From the NCBI GenBank assembly GCA_011526105.1, contig WYAZ01000099.1:2032-66031 (forward strand): a stretch of 64,000 nucleotides of DNA, written 5' to 3'. Numbering within the stretch: position 1 is the stretch's first letter; each line of letters begins with the position of its first letter. This document shows, one piece after another, positions 26,732 to 37,233 of the stretch. The translations under genes and the position numbers were made by a program. A model generated the notes under the pieces. It was not told the origin of the DNA and did no database searches. It saw only the letters and a list, made by a program, of their open reading frames with translations. Source of the DNA: Deltaproteobacteria bacterium. Its GTDB lineage: Bacteria > Myxococcota > Kuafuiibacteriia > Kuafuiibacteriales > Kuafuiibacteriaceae.

Positions 26732-27997
26732 TCAGCCCGCGCGGGGCTGCGAAAGGATGGGGAGGGCCTCGGAACCGAGCGCGGGCCGAGGGCACGCGGT
26801 CAGGAAGCAGCCGTAGCGGAGCTTCTCGTCCAGCCGACAAGACCAGACAAGCTCGCCCTTGTGGATGGTCATGTCCGGGCAGCCATCACACATGTTCGTC
26901 TCTCCGCCCTTTCCGAAGTCGATGGGCTGGATGATGAGCAGCGTCTGATAGTGCACGCGCTCGAACAGGTCCTTGGGTGAACTCAGGGTCCGCTTCAGGA
27001 ACGACCGGGCGGCTCTGCGCGTGCCCGAGTCGACGAGAGAGAAGCCGGCCATGATCGAGCGGCCCCGCTCGAGCAGCTCGGGCGCGACATAGGCCAGGTA
27101 GCGCCGCGCGAAGATGTGGTGTGCAGTCTGAACCAGCTCCATGTACCGAGGGCCGATGTAGCCAAAGGTCTTGCGCTTGCTCGCGAGACGACCGCTGAGC
27201 AACCACTTGAGGCTATCCGGGTCTTTTGTCCCGCCAAGGTAGGCCGCCGGCTGAAACTCCGGCTCCACCTTGCGGATCTCGTTGATGACGTCCGCCGCCC
27301 GAAGGGGCTCCGGGTTGCGCTCCTGGTCGTAGTAGACCAGCTCCTTGCCATCGATCTTCTTGCCGTGGGCGAAGTAGTCGAACTCCGCGCTCCGCATGGT
27401 GCGAAAGAGGATGAAGACCATGTTGTGAACGATGTCGATGTGCTCCCTGGCCCACTCCACGAGCGCCGGAACGTACTTCAGGGTGTGTGGAAAGACCGTG
27501 GAATTGAAGGCCACCGTCAGCCCTCCAACCTCCTCGACCATTTCTGCATAGTGGAGACGGAGCTCGTTGAGCTCGATCTCGTTCTTGTCCTTCCATCCCG
27601 GGCGGCCCTGACTCGAATCGATGTGAAAGGTAAAGCCGTGGACCCCCGCAGCCTTGAGCCGACGGAGCAGTTCTGGGGTGAGCGCGAGCCCGTTGGTGTT
27701 GAGGACCGGCTTGAGGTTGAACTCGTGCCGGATCATCCGAACGATCGCCTCGATCTCCGGATGCACCAGCGGGTCACCACCGGCCACGGAGATGCTGTCG
27801 ACCGTGCGCTGCCTGACGAAGTCCTCGAGGTCTTCGCGGACCTGCTCCAGCGTCTTGTCGCTCTTTGGGTCGTTCGTGGAGTAGCAGCCCTCGCAGTACA
27901 GATTGCAGCGTTTTGTGGGCTCGAGCCAGCTCAGCACATTGTCGTTGAGCGACCACGGCAGACGATAAAGGTCGGTGGGGCGGACCTCGGTGTTCAT
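26732..27997 (-). CDS. Radical SAM protein with C-terminal auxiliary Cys motif
   Basis: CNLYCEGC (CxxxCxxC), GGDP, NTNG; C-terminal CDGC...SC...GC...AC. Confidence 0.9.
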   Translation of the reverse strand: MNTEVRPTDLYRLPWSLNDNVLSWLEPTKRCNLYCEGCYSTNDPKSDKTLEQVREDLEDFVRQRTVDSISVAGGDPLVHPEIEAIVRMIRHEFNLKPVLNTNGLALTPELLRRLKAAGVHGFTFHIDSSQGRPGWKDKNEIELNELRLHYAEMVEEVGGLTVAFNSTVFPHTLKYVPALVEWAREHIDIVHNMVFILFRTMRSAEFDYFAHGKKIDGKELVYYDQERNPEPLRAADVINEIRKVEPEFQPAAYLGGTKDPDSLKWLLSGRLASKRKTFGYIGPRYMELVQTAHHIFARRYLAYVAPELLERGRSIMAGFSLVDSGTRRAARSFLKRTLSSPKDLFERVHYQTLLIIQPIDFGKGGETNMCDGCPDMTIHKGELVWSCRLDEKLRYGCFLTACPRPALGSEALPILSQPRAG

Positions 27998-28227
27998 GCG
28001 CGGCAGAAATCTTCGCGAGCACACTTGCAGTCAACAAGAAGGTGAGCTTGAGACATTGACGCTCGTGTCTCGGATGCGGAGCTTGCGGTGCGGCAAGAAA
28101 AAGCTTGCGCTGCAGCAAGGCGGGCATTGTCGCGATCGCGGGCCTCGCTTTTTGTTGATCGATCACGTGCCGCGCTCTATGACGCCGACCATTCCACGTT
28201 TCCAGAATCGCGAGGTACGCAGTGGGC

Positions 28228-29823
28228 ATGAAGAACGAACAGTACGAAGCAATCGTCGTCGGCGGCGGAGTCGGCGGTCTATCGACTGCGCTCTCCCTGT
28301 CACGCAACGGACACAAGGTCCTTCTGCTGGAGAAGAATGAAAGCCCAGGCGGCAACTGCTCCTCGCGCAAGATGGACGAGTACACCTTCGATCTCGCGGT
28401 GCATCAGCTCACTGGAGTGGAAGGCGACGGCCAGTGCGGCGTCGTCCTCAAGGACCTCGGAATCCGCCACAAGTTGGACTTCGCGCGAGTCGACCCTTTC
28501 CTCGTGCTCGACATGCCCGACCGCAGCTACACACTCCCCGGCTCCTGGGATGGAGTGCGCAGCTCGCTCGTGAAGGCCTTCCCCAAGGAAGAGGCGTCGA
28601 TCGACCGCTTCCTCGCGAAGATGAGGGCCATCAAGCAGGACGCCATGATGGCGCAGCGGATTCTGTACGGCGCCAACAGCGTCGTCGACGAGCTCCTCAA
28701 CAAGGACGTCCCGCTCTCCCGGTGGCTCAGCTTCCCGCAGGGCATGCTCTCCATGCTCGCGGAGGGCGAGCTGACCGCCGAGAAGTTCTTCCGACGCTAC
28801 ATCAAGGACGACAAGCTGATGTCGGTGGTCTGTGGCGCCTGGCCTTATCTGGGTGTCCCTCCCAGTCAGCTGTCGGGGATGATGATGGCCTTTCTCTTTG
28901 GTGGGCAGCACATGGAGAAGACCTTCTATCCCATCGGTAGCTCGCAACGGATCGCGGACGTCTTCGTCGAGTCCATCGAGGAACACGGCGGAACGGTGCG
29001 GCTTGGCGCCGAGGTAAAGCGAATCCTCGTGAAGGATGGGCGCGCCTACGGGGTCGAGCTCGCCAACGGGGAGCAGATCCACTGCCGCTTCGTGGTGTGC
29101 AACGCCCCCGCAGCCTACGCGTATCGGGAGCTCATCGACCCCAAGGAGGTGCCGAAGCGTCTTCTGCGCAAGCTGGGCAAGATGGAGAAGAGCGTTGGCC
29201 CCTTCAAGGTCTACTTGGGACTCGACTATGACGTCTCGAAGCACGGCCTCGACCACCACGAGTACCTCATCTACGACAGCTACGATCACGAGGAGAACTA
29301 CCGGCGGATGCAAGAAGGCTATCCGTCCTCTCTGAGCGCGTACTCCCCCACCAAGGCCGACCCAAGCTTGGCGCCCGAGGGACACAGCACGCTGATCTTG
29401 ACCACCATGTTCCCGTGGCAGACCAAGCGGGACTGGCGGAATCACGTAGACGAGATCGCGGAGGAGATGATCACCAAGATGGAGAAGCGGCTCCCGGACA
29501 TCCGGCAGCACATCAAGACCAAGCGCACTCTGACCCCCGAGAAGCTCAAGGCCTACACAAACACGACCGACGGCTCGATGTACGGCTGGGCGAACTCGGT
29601 GAGTCAGGTCCTGATCAAGCGCCTCTCCAACCGGTCGCCGATTCGAGACCTGTATCTGGTGGGTCACTGGACGCAGCCAGGCACCGGGGTCACGACCTGC
29701 ATCATCTCCGGATGGATGATCGGCAATCTCCTGCAGAAGACCTACGGGAACGTTCCCTCCATGCACAGCATCCTCCGCACCGCGCAGGATGCGTTGCACA
29801 GCGGGTTCCGAGGGCTGCAGTGA
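28228..29823 (+). CDS. CrtI/phytoene-desaturase-like FAD oxidoreductase
   Basis: VGGGVGG, YPIGS, GSMYGW, LYLVGHWTQPGTGV. Confidence 0.85.
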   Translation: MKNEQYEAIVVGGGVGGLSTALSLSRNGHKVLLLEKNESPGGNCSSRKMDEYTFDLAVHQLTGVEGDGQCGVVLKDLGIRHKLDFARVDPFLVLDMPDRSYTLPGSWDGVRSSLVKAFPKEEASIDRFLAKMRAIKQDAMMAQRILYGANSVVDELLNKDVPLSRWLSFPQGMLSMLAEGELTAEKFFRRYIKDDKLMSVVCGAWPYLGVPPSQLSGMMMAFLFGGQHMEKTFYPIGSSQRIADVFVESIEEHGGTVRLGAEVKRILVKDGRAYGVELANGEQIHCRFVVCNAPAAYAYRELIDPKEVPKRLLRKLGKMEKSVGPFKVYLGLDYDVSKHGLDHHEYLIYDSYDHEENYRRMQEGYPSSLSAYSPTKADPSLAPEGHSTLILTTMFPWQTKRDWRNHVDEIAEEMITKMEKRLPDIRQHIKTKRTLTPEKLKAYTNTTDGSMYGWANSVSQVLIKRLSNRSPIRDLYLVGHWTQPGTGVTTCIISGWMIGNLLQKTYGNVPSMHSILRTAQDALHSGFRGLQ

Positions 29824-31412
29824 GCGAGTCGCTCGCTCGCTCTGGACTCTACGCATCGATCAAGCAAAGCACGCCCGGCGCGGACTGGGACTGCATCGTC
29901 ATCGGCTCAGGCATCGGCGGCATGGCCTGCGGGGCCGCGCTCGCCAAACACGGCCAGAGGGTCCTTCTCCTCGAGCAACACTACGTCCCTGGGGGCATGA
30001 CCCACACCTTCACGCGCCACGGCTTCCGCTGGGACGTGGGGGTGCATTGTCTGGGCGAACAGGGGCCAAAGGACGTCTCGGGTAAGCTGCTCCACTGGCT
30101 CACCGACGGACAGATCCGGATGAACCGGCTCCCAGAGGTCTACGAACGCTTCTGGTTCCCGGGGCGGCAGTACACGTACTCGAGCAACATCGAGAACCAC
30201 CAGGCGACCCTCATCCGCGCCTTCCCAAAGGAGGAGGCCGCCATCCGAAAGTACTTCCGATTGGTCCGATGGGTCTTCAACATGGCACGCCCGTTCTACG
30301 TGTTGAAGGCGGCGCCGCTGCCCGTGAATCGCGTCGCGAACGCCGCGATGGGCGGGCTCTGGAAGAGGTACTGGCAACGAACAACGAAGGAAGTGCTCGA
30401 CGAGCTATTCTCGGACGACAAGCTCAAGGCCGTGCTCGTGGCGCAGTGGGGCTACTACGGGAGCCCGCCGAGCCGATCGAGCTTTGGCATGCACGCGATG
30501 GTGGCCCGGCACTTCTTCGATGGGGCCTTCTATCCGGTGGGCGGGTCCGAGGCCTTTGCCAAGTATCTGCTCGCGACCATCAACGAGGCCGGCGGTCGGA
30601 CTTATGTCCGTGCGTCCGTGGACGAAATCCTCGTGGAGCACGGCAGCGCGGTCGGGGTGCGGCTCTCCGGCGGAGAGTGCATCCGGGCCAAGCGGGTGGT
30701 CTCGGCGGTGGGGGCCAAGAACACCATCAACCGCCTGCTGCCAGAGGCCCATCGCTCGAGCTCTTGGGCGCGGAGCCTCAACGGCCTGAGCTCATCACCC
30801 GCCTACCTGTGTTTGAACCTGGGCTTCGAGGGTGACATCCGAAAGGCGGGGGCCAGCGAGACGAACAACTGGCTGATGCAGTCGTGGGACGTCGAGGACT
30901 CGCACTGGAACTTCTCGGACCCGAAGGCCGTGCCTCCCATCGCCTATCTGTCCTTTCCCTCACTCAAGGATCCCGAGCTCAAAGAGCAGTGTCACGAGCG
31001 GAGCACCGGCGAGGCCCTGGCGTTTGTGCACTGGGAAGAGTTCGCGGCGTGGGCCGATACCCGGCGCGGGCACCGCGGCGCGGACTATGAAGCCCTCAAG
31101 CAAGAGCTCGCGGACCGCTTCGTTGCGCATCTCCGAGATCAGCTCCCAGACATCATGAAGCACCTCGTCTACTACGAGATGTCGACCCCGGTGTCCACGC
31201 ACTTCTTCACGCGCTCATGGGAGGGTGGGATCTATAGCTTCGAGACCACCCCCGAGCGATTTGCGAATACGGACCTCAGTGCCCACACGCCGATCAAGAA
31301 CCTCTACCTCACGGGTTCGGATGTCATCTCACCCGGGGTCGCAGGCGCGTTGGTCGCGGGTGTTCTCACCGCGGCGGCGATCGATCCACGCGTCGCGCTC
31401 AAGCTCGCCTGA
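29820..31412 (+). CDS. CrtI/retinol-saturase-like FAD oxidoreductase
   Basis: IGSGIGG, EQHYVPGG.THTF..WDVGVH, YPVGG, STPVS, LYLTGSD; GTGA overlap with the previous gene. Confidence 0.85.
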   Translation: MSESLARSGLYASIKQSTPGADWDCIVIGSGIGGMACGAALAKHGQRVLLLEQHYVPGGMTHTFTRHGFRWDVGVHCLGEQGPKDVSGKLLHWLTDGQIRMNRLPEVYERFWFPGRQYTYSSNIENHQATLIRAFPKEEAAIRKYFRLVRWVFNMARPFYVLKAAPLPVNRVANAAMGGLWKRYWQRTTKEVLDELFSDDKLKAVLVAQWGYYGSPPSRSSFGMHAMVARHFFDGAFYPVGGSEAFAKYLLATINEAGGRTYVRASVDEILVEHGSAVGVRLSGGECIRAKRVVSAVGAKNTINRLLPEAHRSSSWARSLNGLSSSPAYLCLNLGFEGDIRKAGASETNNWLMQSWDVEDSHWNFSDPKAVPPIAYLSFPSLKDPELKEQCHERSTGEALAFVHWEEFAAWADTRRGHRGADYEALKQELADRFVAHLRDQLPDIMKHLVYYEMSTPVSTHFFTRSWEGGIYSFETTPERFANTDLSAHTPIKNLYLTGSDVISPGVAGALVAGVLTAAAIDPRVALKLA

Positions 31413-31420
31413 CGCGAGAT

Positions 31421-33160
31421 CTAGGCTCGGGCCGATGGCCCCAACTTGCCCGCCGCCCAGACCGCCAGCGTCTCGCGACGGATCTTCGCGTTGTGACGCA
31501 CGTCGACCGGGAACGCGGGGTGAAAGAGGACCTCGCGAATCGATTCGGTGAGCGGAGAGCTCGCGCCGAGCTCGAGCAACTCAGCGCGGAGCGAAGCTTC
31601 GTCCGAGGCGTTCTTCGGCGCTTCGTTCGGCTCACACTCGACGCAGATCACCGGTCGCTGCGAGCCTCGCGGCCCCACCCCGACGAGCGCGCTTCGGTAC
31701 ACCCGCTCGTGTCGGTTGAAGATGCCCTCGCAGGGGATGGTGAACATGCGCCCCGATGAGGTCTCCACGCAGTGTGATTTGCGGCCGCAGAACCACAGGC
31801 GCCCCTCCGCATCGAGGTAGCCCACGTCGCCCATGCGGTGCCAGATCGAGACTCCGTCCGCGATCTTGCTGCGCCGCGTATCCTCGGGCCGCCCATAGTA
31901 CGCCTGCGTGGTGGTCGGCCCGCGCACGATGATCTCGCCAACCTCACCGGTGGGGACCGGCTCGGCCTGCTCGATGGAGCCGATGGGCTCGTCGCTCAGC
32001 CGGATGATGCGGACGTCGTTCACAGCGAGCGGCGTGCCCACGCAGGAGCCCTCACCGCGGCTCATCGCCTCGGCCGGACCCGCGAGCAACTCACGTCCGC
32101 GGGTCTTGGAGACCGGCAGCGCCTCCGTAGCTCCATACGGGATGAAGACGTCGCCGTTCGGGAGCAGCGACTCGAAGTCGTAGAGAAGCTTGGGAGGCAC
32201 CGGCGCCCCCGCCATGATGATGCGCCGAAGACCCGGCAGGGTCTGCTTCGTCTCGATGAGATGACGGCCGATGGTCTTCCAGAACGCGGGTGATCCGAAG
32301 GAGTAGGTCACCCCGTAGTCCTCGATGGCGGCCAGAATCTTCACCGGGTCGGCCTTCGCCGGTCGTGTGAAGTCCATCTCGGGAATCACGCAGGTGACCC
32401 CGAGCGCGCAGGAGAACAAGGCGAACAGCGGGAACGCGGGGAGATCGACCTCGCCCGCCTCGATGCCCCACTCCGAGCCGATGAGCCGCGTCTGCGCGTC
32501 AAAGATGCCGTGGGTGTACTCGACGCCCTTGGCAGGACCGGTGCTGCCGCTGGTGAACAGGATGGCCGCGAGTTCTCCGGCGCGCGTGGGTGCGAGCTCG
32601 AGCGGCGAAGCGTCCTGGTGTTTGAGTGCGTCCGAGGAGAGCCCGCCCCAAAAGAGGCGCGGACCGACCGTGACCTTGATCTTCACGCTGTCGAAGGCGC
32701 GCGGATAGAGCAGGCGAGCGACGTGCGCGATCGGGATGCCAATGAAGGCCTCCGGCTTTGCCTCCTGGACCGCGGAGAGAAAGCCCGCCTTGCCGAGGCC
32801 GGGGTCGATCATCACCGGCACCGCCCCCACCTTGAACAAGGCGAAGGTCAGCGCAAAAAAGTCGGGCGATGGCTTCACCATCAAGAGGACCTTGGTCCCG
32901 CGAACAATCCCGTTCTCGATGAGCCCGCGAGCGTAGCGGTTACACAGCTCGTCGAGTTGTCTGAAGTTGAGCGCCGCCTTGGGTTCTGGTTTGACGCCGG
33001 CGGTGCGCCGAGCGCCGGGCATGATGATCGCGGCCTGCTCCGGGACCTTCTTCGCCAGCTCCGGGATGTACCAGGCGATGTTGACCTCGCGCTCGGGTGA
33101 CCAGAGGTCCACGGAAGGCACTGCGGGCTCCGTGACGACCGCGTCCACCGACAAGCTCAC
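31421..33160 (-). CDS. oleC: Olefin beta-lactone synthetase (AMP-dependent ligase)
   Basis: FTSGSTGPAKG, PYGATEALP, WHRMGDVG, FPVDVRHNAKI; translationally coupled to oleB. Confidence 0.9.
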   Translation of the reverse strand: MSLSVDAVVTEPAVPSVDLWSPEREVNIAWYIPELAKKVPEQAAIIMPGARRTAGVKPEPKAALNFRQLDELCNRYARGLIENGIVRGTKVLLMVKPSPDFFALTFALFKVGAVPVMIDPGLGKAGFLSAVQEAKPEAFIGIPIAHVARLLYPRAFDSVKIKVTVGPRLFWGGLSSDALKHQDASPLELAPTRAGELAAILFTSGSTGPAKGVEYTHGIFDAQTRLIGSEWGIEAGEVDLPAFPLFALFSCALGVTCVIPEMDFTRPAKADPVKILAAIEDYGVTYSFGSPAFWKTIGRHLIETKQTLPGLRRIIMAGAPVPPKLLYDFESLLPNGDVFIPYGATEALPVSKTRGRELLAGPAEAMSRGEGSCVGTPLAVNDVRIIRLSDEPIGSIEQAEPVPTGEVGEIIVRGPTTTQAYYGRPEDTRRSKIADGVSIWHRMGDVGYLDAEGRLWFCGRKSHCVETSSGRMFTIPCEGIFNRHERVYRSALVGVGPRGSQRPVICVECEPNEAPKNASDEASLRAELLELGASSPLTESIREVLFHPAFPVDVRHNAKIRRETLAVWAAGKLGPSARA

Positions 33161-34077
33161 AGCACCCCCAAGAACTTGCGCATCCAAGGGACGATGCGCT
33201 CGTGAGCATCCTCGACCACGTAGTGCCCCGCGTCCGCGACCTCGTGCACCTCCGCATTCGGGAATCGGCGCTGCCACTCCTCGAGAAACTCGTGATTGAA
33301 GCAGAAGTCGCGAGCGCCCCACACGATGAGCATGGGTTTGTCTTTGAGGACCTCGAGCTTGACGGCGATCTCTTCCAAGGTCTGCCGTGAGCGATGACCG
33401 CGGCTCATCGGGATGTCCTGCACGAAGCGAAGGGTCGCGATGCGATGGTCCCAGCTGTCGTAGGGCGCGAGATAGCCCGCCTTCACCTCTTTGGTGAGTC
33501 GATCACGATGAAACACCGCCCGCACCAGAGCCGCCCGGGCAAAGGCGTTGAGTCCCTGGATCATCAGCGCGCCGAGCCCCGGGATTCGGCAGAGGTCGAT
33601 CGAAAACGGGATGCGGTCCGACGGGAATGCGGCGCTGTTGAACACCACCAGGCGCTCGATGCGCTTTGGGTGGCGGGTCGCGTAGCCCATACCGATGGCG
33701 CCGCCCCAGTCGTGAACCACCAGGTTGATCTCGCTGAGACCAAGATGACGCACCAGGGTCTCGACGTTCTCTACGTGGTGCTCGAGCGTGTACTCGAAGT
33801 CGGCCGGCTTGTCGGAGAGGCCGCAGCCGAGGTGGTCGGGCACAACCACCCGAAAGCGGTTCGAGAGCCCGTGGACGAGCTCGCGAAAGTAGAACGACCA
33901 AGTGGGGTTGCCGTGCAGCATGAGGAGGACCGGCGCATTGCGGTCGCCCTCATCGAGGTAGTGCATCACCCCGCCCTTCACCCGCACGAAGTGCGATGCG
34001 AAAGGGTACTGCGCGCGGAAGGGCTCTACGTCCACACGAACGTTCGGGAAGAAGCCCGAAGTTGTTGCGCTCACCAT
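33157..34077 (-). CDS. oleB: Beta-lactone decarboxylase (haloalkane dehalogenase-like alpha/beta hydrolase)
   Basis: HGNPTWSF, HDWGG (Asp nucleophile), RFVQDIP, AGHYVVED; lies between oleA and oleC. Confidence 0.9.
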   Translation of the reverse strand: MVSATTSGFFPNVRVDVEPFRAQYPFASHFVRVKGGVMHYLDEGDRNAPVLLMLHGNPTWSFYFRELVHGLSNRFRVVVPDHLGCGLSDKPADFEYTLEHHVENVETLVRHLGLSEINLVVHDWGGAIGMGYATRHPKRIERLVVFNSAAFPSDRIPFSIDLCRIPGLGALMIQGLNAFARAALVRAVFHRDRLTKEVKAGYLAPYDSWDHRIATLRFVQDIPMSRGHRSRQTLEEIAVKLEVLKDKPMLIVWGARDFCFNHEFLEEWQRRFPNAEVHEVADAGHYVVEDAHERIVPWMRKFLGVL

Positions 34078-35132
34078 TTCACCCTCATCATCGCGGCCGA
34101 AAGACCGCTGCCGATCCCGAGCAGCGCCACGCTCTGCCCCTTCTCGAGGAAACCGGTCTCCCCGGCCTTGGCGAGTGTGATCGGGAGCGAGACCGAGCCC
34201 ACGTTGCCGAGCTCCGGATACGTATAGAAGCCGCTCGCCTCGTCGAGGCCGAGCGCCTCGTAAAGCGCGCGCGTGTGAGCGCGGCCCACCTGATGCGTGA
34301 TCGTTCGGTCGGGCATCTGGGCCTGAAATCGAAAACGCGGCGCGAACTCACTCCACAGCGACTTCGCGAGGCTGATGCCCGCGTGCAGCAGCGCCTCGGC
34401 GTCGGTCTCCATGAAGAGCTCGCTGGCCGAACCCACCCCGGTGTCCTTGAGGCCCAAGGAGCCTCCGCGACAGAGTTCGTTGTGCTCGGTGGCGCTCCGC
34501 ATGACCCCGCCCATGAAGCGCGGAGCCTCGGGGGCCAGGGAGCGATGCGCGAGCAACACCGCGGCCCCGCCCGAGCCGATGGTGAGCGAAGCGAAGTCGG
34601 CCTTGATGCTTTTTCGCGTGAGCTCCGGCGAAGCGAGCAGGCGCTCGATGGTGGCATCGACCAAGCCTTGGCCGTTCTCTCCCGCCACGATGAGCGCGGA
34701 CTCGATGGCCCCGGTCTCGATGAGGGGCGCCGCCATCATCATCGCAGATGCCACGCCCAGGCACGCGTTGGACAGATCGAAGAAGGCCGCGTCTTCGGGC
34801 AATTCGAGCGCGCGGTGAACGACCGAAGCGGTGGCCGGCTCGAGGAAGTCTCGGCAGACGCTGGCGTGAATGAGCAGCCCGACCTTCGAGCGATCGAAAC
34901 CCGCCAGCGCCTTGGTCCCCGCGCGCGTGGCGGCGAGCGAAGGCGGCGTGGGCTCGGGCCAGAACCGGCGCGCCTTGATGCCGCTCATGAGCTCGAGGCG
35001 CCCGGGCTGGAGTCCGAGCTTCTGATAGACGGGCGCCAAGCGGTCTTCGATCGCGGCGGAGCTGAGCACGCCCGGCGGCAGATCGTAGCCAAGGCCCGCG
35101 ATGCTCACGTTCTGAAAGGCCTGCGGCTTCAC
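34071..35132 (-). CDS. oleA: OleA thiolase-fold acyl-CoA condensing enzyme
   Basis: [14 protein letters not shown] (catalytic Cys), [25 protein letters not shown]; GTGA overlap with fabI. Confidence 0.9.
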   Translation of the reverse strand: MKPQAFQNVSIAGLGYDLPPGVLSSAAIEDRLAPVYQKLGLQPGRLELMSGIKARRFWPEPTPPSLAATRAGTKALAGFDRSKVGLLIHASVCRDFLEPATASVVHRALELPEDAAFFDLSNACLGVASAMMMAAPLIETGAIESALIVAGENGQGLVDATIERLLASPELTRKSIKADFASLTIGSGGAAVLLAHRSLAPEAPRFMGGVMRSATEHNELCRGGSLGLKDTGVGSASELFMETDAEALLHAGISLAKSLWSEFAPRFRFQAQMPDRTITHQVGRAHTRALYEALGLDEASGFYTYPELGNVGSVSLPITLAKAGETGFLEKGQSVALLGIGSGLSAAMMRVKW

Positions 35133-35947
35133 GCGTTCACCTTCTTCACGAGCTCGCGGTCGAAGTAGTTCACACCCATGCCGGCGTCGATCACGAGGTT
35201 CTGGGCGTTGATGCCAGACGACCGCGGGGAGAGCAGGAACGCGGCGGCGTTCGCGACCTCGCGGGTCTCGAGGCCACGTTTGCGCAAGGTGGCCTTCTCG
35301 GCGTAAAGCCAGGAGTCCACGTAGCCCGGAATGCCGGCAGACGCGCTGGTCTTGAGAAGACCGGGAGCGACGGAGTTCACACGCACCCCGCGTTCGGCGA
35401 GCGCCTTGGCCAAGAAGACCACACTCGACTCGAGCGCCGCTTTGACCGGCGCCATGAAGCCGTAGTTTTCGGCCGCCATCCTGGTGGTGGAGATGGAGAT
35501 GGTCACGAGCGAGGCCCCGTCCGCCAAGATCGGCTTCATCACCCCCGTGATCTCGATGAACGAGTGGCAAGAGACCTGCATCGCCTGCAGGAAGGCCTTT
35601 CGGCTCACCTGGTCGAAGGTCGTAAAGCCCTCGAAGTCGGCAAAGGCGATGGAGTGGAGGATGCCGTGCACCACATCGTGGCGAGCGCGCAGCGCCTCGA
35701 ACAGCTTCGCGACCGCACCCTCGTGCTCCACGTCGCAGACATGGATCTCGGCCTCGGGCCGAAGCTTCCGCAAGCTCTCCGCGCGGGCCTCGGAGCGCAC
35801 CGAGTAGATGAGCTTCGCCCCCTGCTCTTCGAGCACGCTCGCGACGTGAAAAGCCACGCTCTTCTTGTTGGCCACCCCAAAGACCAAGATGGTGCGCCCC
35901 TCGAGACCGAGGAAGAACGAACCTGCGAGGTCGGAGGCACCGCTCAC
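35129..35947 (-). CDS. fabI: Enoyl-ACP reductase
   Basis: [16 protein letters not shown]-x6-K (YGFMAPVK), SASAGI. Confidence 0.88.
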   Translation of the reverse strand: MSGASDLAGSFFLGLEGRTILVFGVANKKSVAFHVASVLEEQGAKLIYSVRSEARAESLRKLRPEAEIHVCDVEHEGAVAKLFEALRARHDVVHGILHSIAFADFEGFTTFDQVSRKAFLQAMQVSCHSFIEITGVMKPILADGASLVTISISTTRMAAENYGFMAPVKAALESSVVFLAKALAERGVRVNSVAPGLLKTSASAGIPGYVDSWLYAEKATLRKRGLETREVANAAAFLLSPRSSGINAQNLVIDAGMGVNYFDRELVKKVNA

Positions 35948-35950
35948 CGT

Positions 35951-36385
35951 CTACGACTCCTTGGCCACGGTGACCGCGAAGCTCAAGCTCACTGCGATCT
36001 TCCCGTTCTTACGGACCTGACCGCTCATGAAGTGAACCCCCATGGCGGACTTGTCGTAGTCGGCGATGATCTCGATGACGTCACCCGGCACGATCATCTG
36101 CTTGAACTTGATGTCGTTCATGCGCGCGACCACGGGCACGCCGTCCATGGGGGCGCCGTTCTGGCGGCGCACCATCAGGTAGCAGCCGGCCTGCATGATG
36201 GCCTCGCAGAGCAGGACGCCCGGCATCACGGGCTTCTTCGGATAGTGCCCAAGGAACTGCGGTTCATCGGCGCGGATGGTCCGACGAGCGATGACCCGAG
36301 TGTCGGTGGCATCCACGATCTCGTCGAGAAACAGGAAGGGGGCGCGATGGGGAATCGCGTCCTCGATGGAGAGCATGTTCATCAC
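35951..36385 (-). CDS. fabZ: 3-hydroxyacyl-ACP dehydratase
   Basis: IPHRAPFLFLD, GHYPKKPVMPGVLLCEA. Confidence 0.9.
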   Translation of the reverse strand: MMNMLSIEDAIPHRAPFLFLDEIVDATDTRVIARRTIRADEPQFLGHYPKKPVMPGVLLCEAIMQAGCYLMVRRQNGAPMDGVPVVARMNDIKFKQMIVPGDVIEIIADYDKSAMGVHFMSGQVRKNGKIAVSLSFAVTVAKES

Positions 36386-37110
36386 AATCCTCCTGCCACG
36401 CGCAGCACAGAGCCGGTGACGTAGCTAGCCTCCTTGGAGGCGAGGTAGAGCACCGCGCTGGCGATCTCCGCCGTGGTGCCGAAGCGGCCGAGTGGAACCG
36501 AATCCATATAGGCCTTCTTGGTCTCTTCCGAAAGGTCCGAGAGCAAATCGGTGTCCACGAAGCCGGGCTGCACGCAGTTGACGGTGATGCGCCGCTTTGC
36601 GACTTCGCGCGCGAGCGATTTGGCAAACGCGATCTGTCCGGCCTTCGAGGCCGCGTAGTTGGCCTGCCCGGGCAAGCCCAGATCGGCGCTGGGCGAGGTG
36701 ACGTTCACGATCCGCCCATACTTCGGACGCGACATGGCCTGCACCGCGTACTTGGACATGTAGAAGGTGCCGTCGAGGTTCACCTCGAGGACGCGCTTCC
36801 AGTCTTCGACCTTCATCATGCCCACGATGGCGTCCTTGCGGATGCCGGCGTTGTTCACGAGCACGTGCACGGGGTGCGAGAGGTCTTCGAAGAAGCGCTT
36901 CACCGCGTCGTGGTCGGAGACATCGAAGGCCACGAGCGTGAGCCGGTCCCCGGCCGAAAGCTCGCCCCGCATGCGCTCGGCGGCCTCGTGACTCGAGGTG
37001 TAGGTCGCGGTGACGTGGGCGCCGCGCGCGAGGAAGGCCTCCGTCAGCGCCCGGCCGATCCCGCGTGTTCCCCCGGTCACGATGACGTGTTGGTCGGTGA
37101 AGTCGAGCAT
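36382..37110 (-). CDS. fabG: 3-oxoacyl-ACP reductase
   Basis: TGGTRGIG, NNAGIRKD, GQANYAASK, PGFVDTD. Confidence 0.9.
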   Translation of the reverse strand: MLDFTDQHVIVTGGTRGIGRALTEAFLARGAHVTATYTSSHEAAERMRGELSAGDRLTLVAFDVSDHDAVKRFFEDLSHPVHVLVNNAGIRKDAIVGMMKVEDWKRVLEVNLDGTFYMSKYAVQAMSRPKYGRIVNVTSPSADLGLPGQANYAASKAGQIAFAKSLAREVAKRRITVNCVQPGFVDTDLLSDLSEETKKAYMDSVPLGRFGTTAEIASAVLYLASKEASYVTGSVLRVAGGL

Positions 37111-37233
37111 GGGGCGGGACCGCGGAAGGCGCGGTCGCTGGGGCGTAACATGGGGGAGCCAGCTTTTCGAGTTGGATCCAGCTCAGGGTGAACCCGAGCG
37201 CTGGGCTGCCGGGCTGGCTGATACACTTGTCGA

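Noticed and set aside
33157-34077. Haloalkane dehalogenase
   Set aside because: Same family, but its position between oleA and oleC indicates OleB
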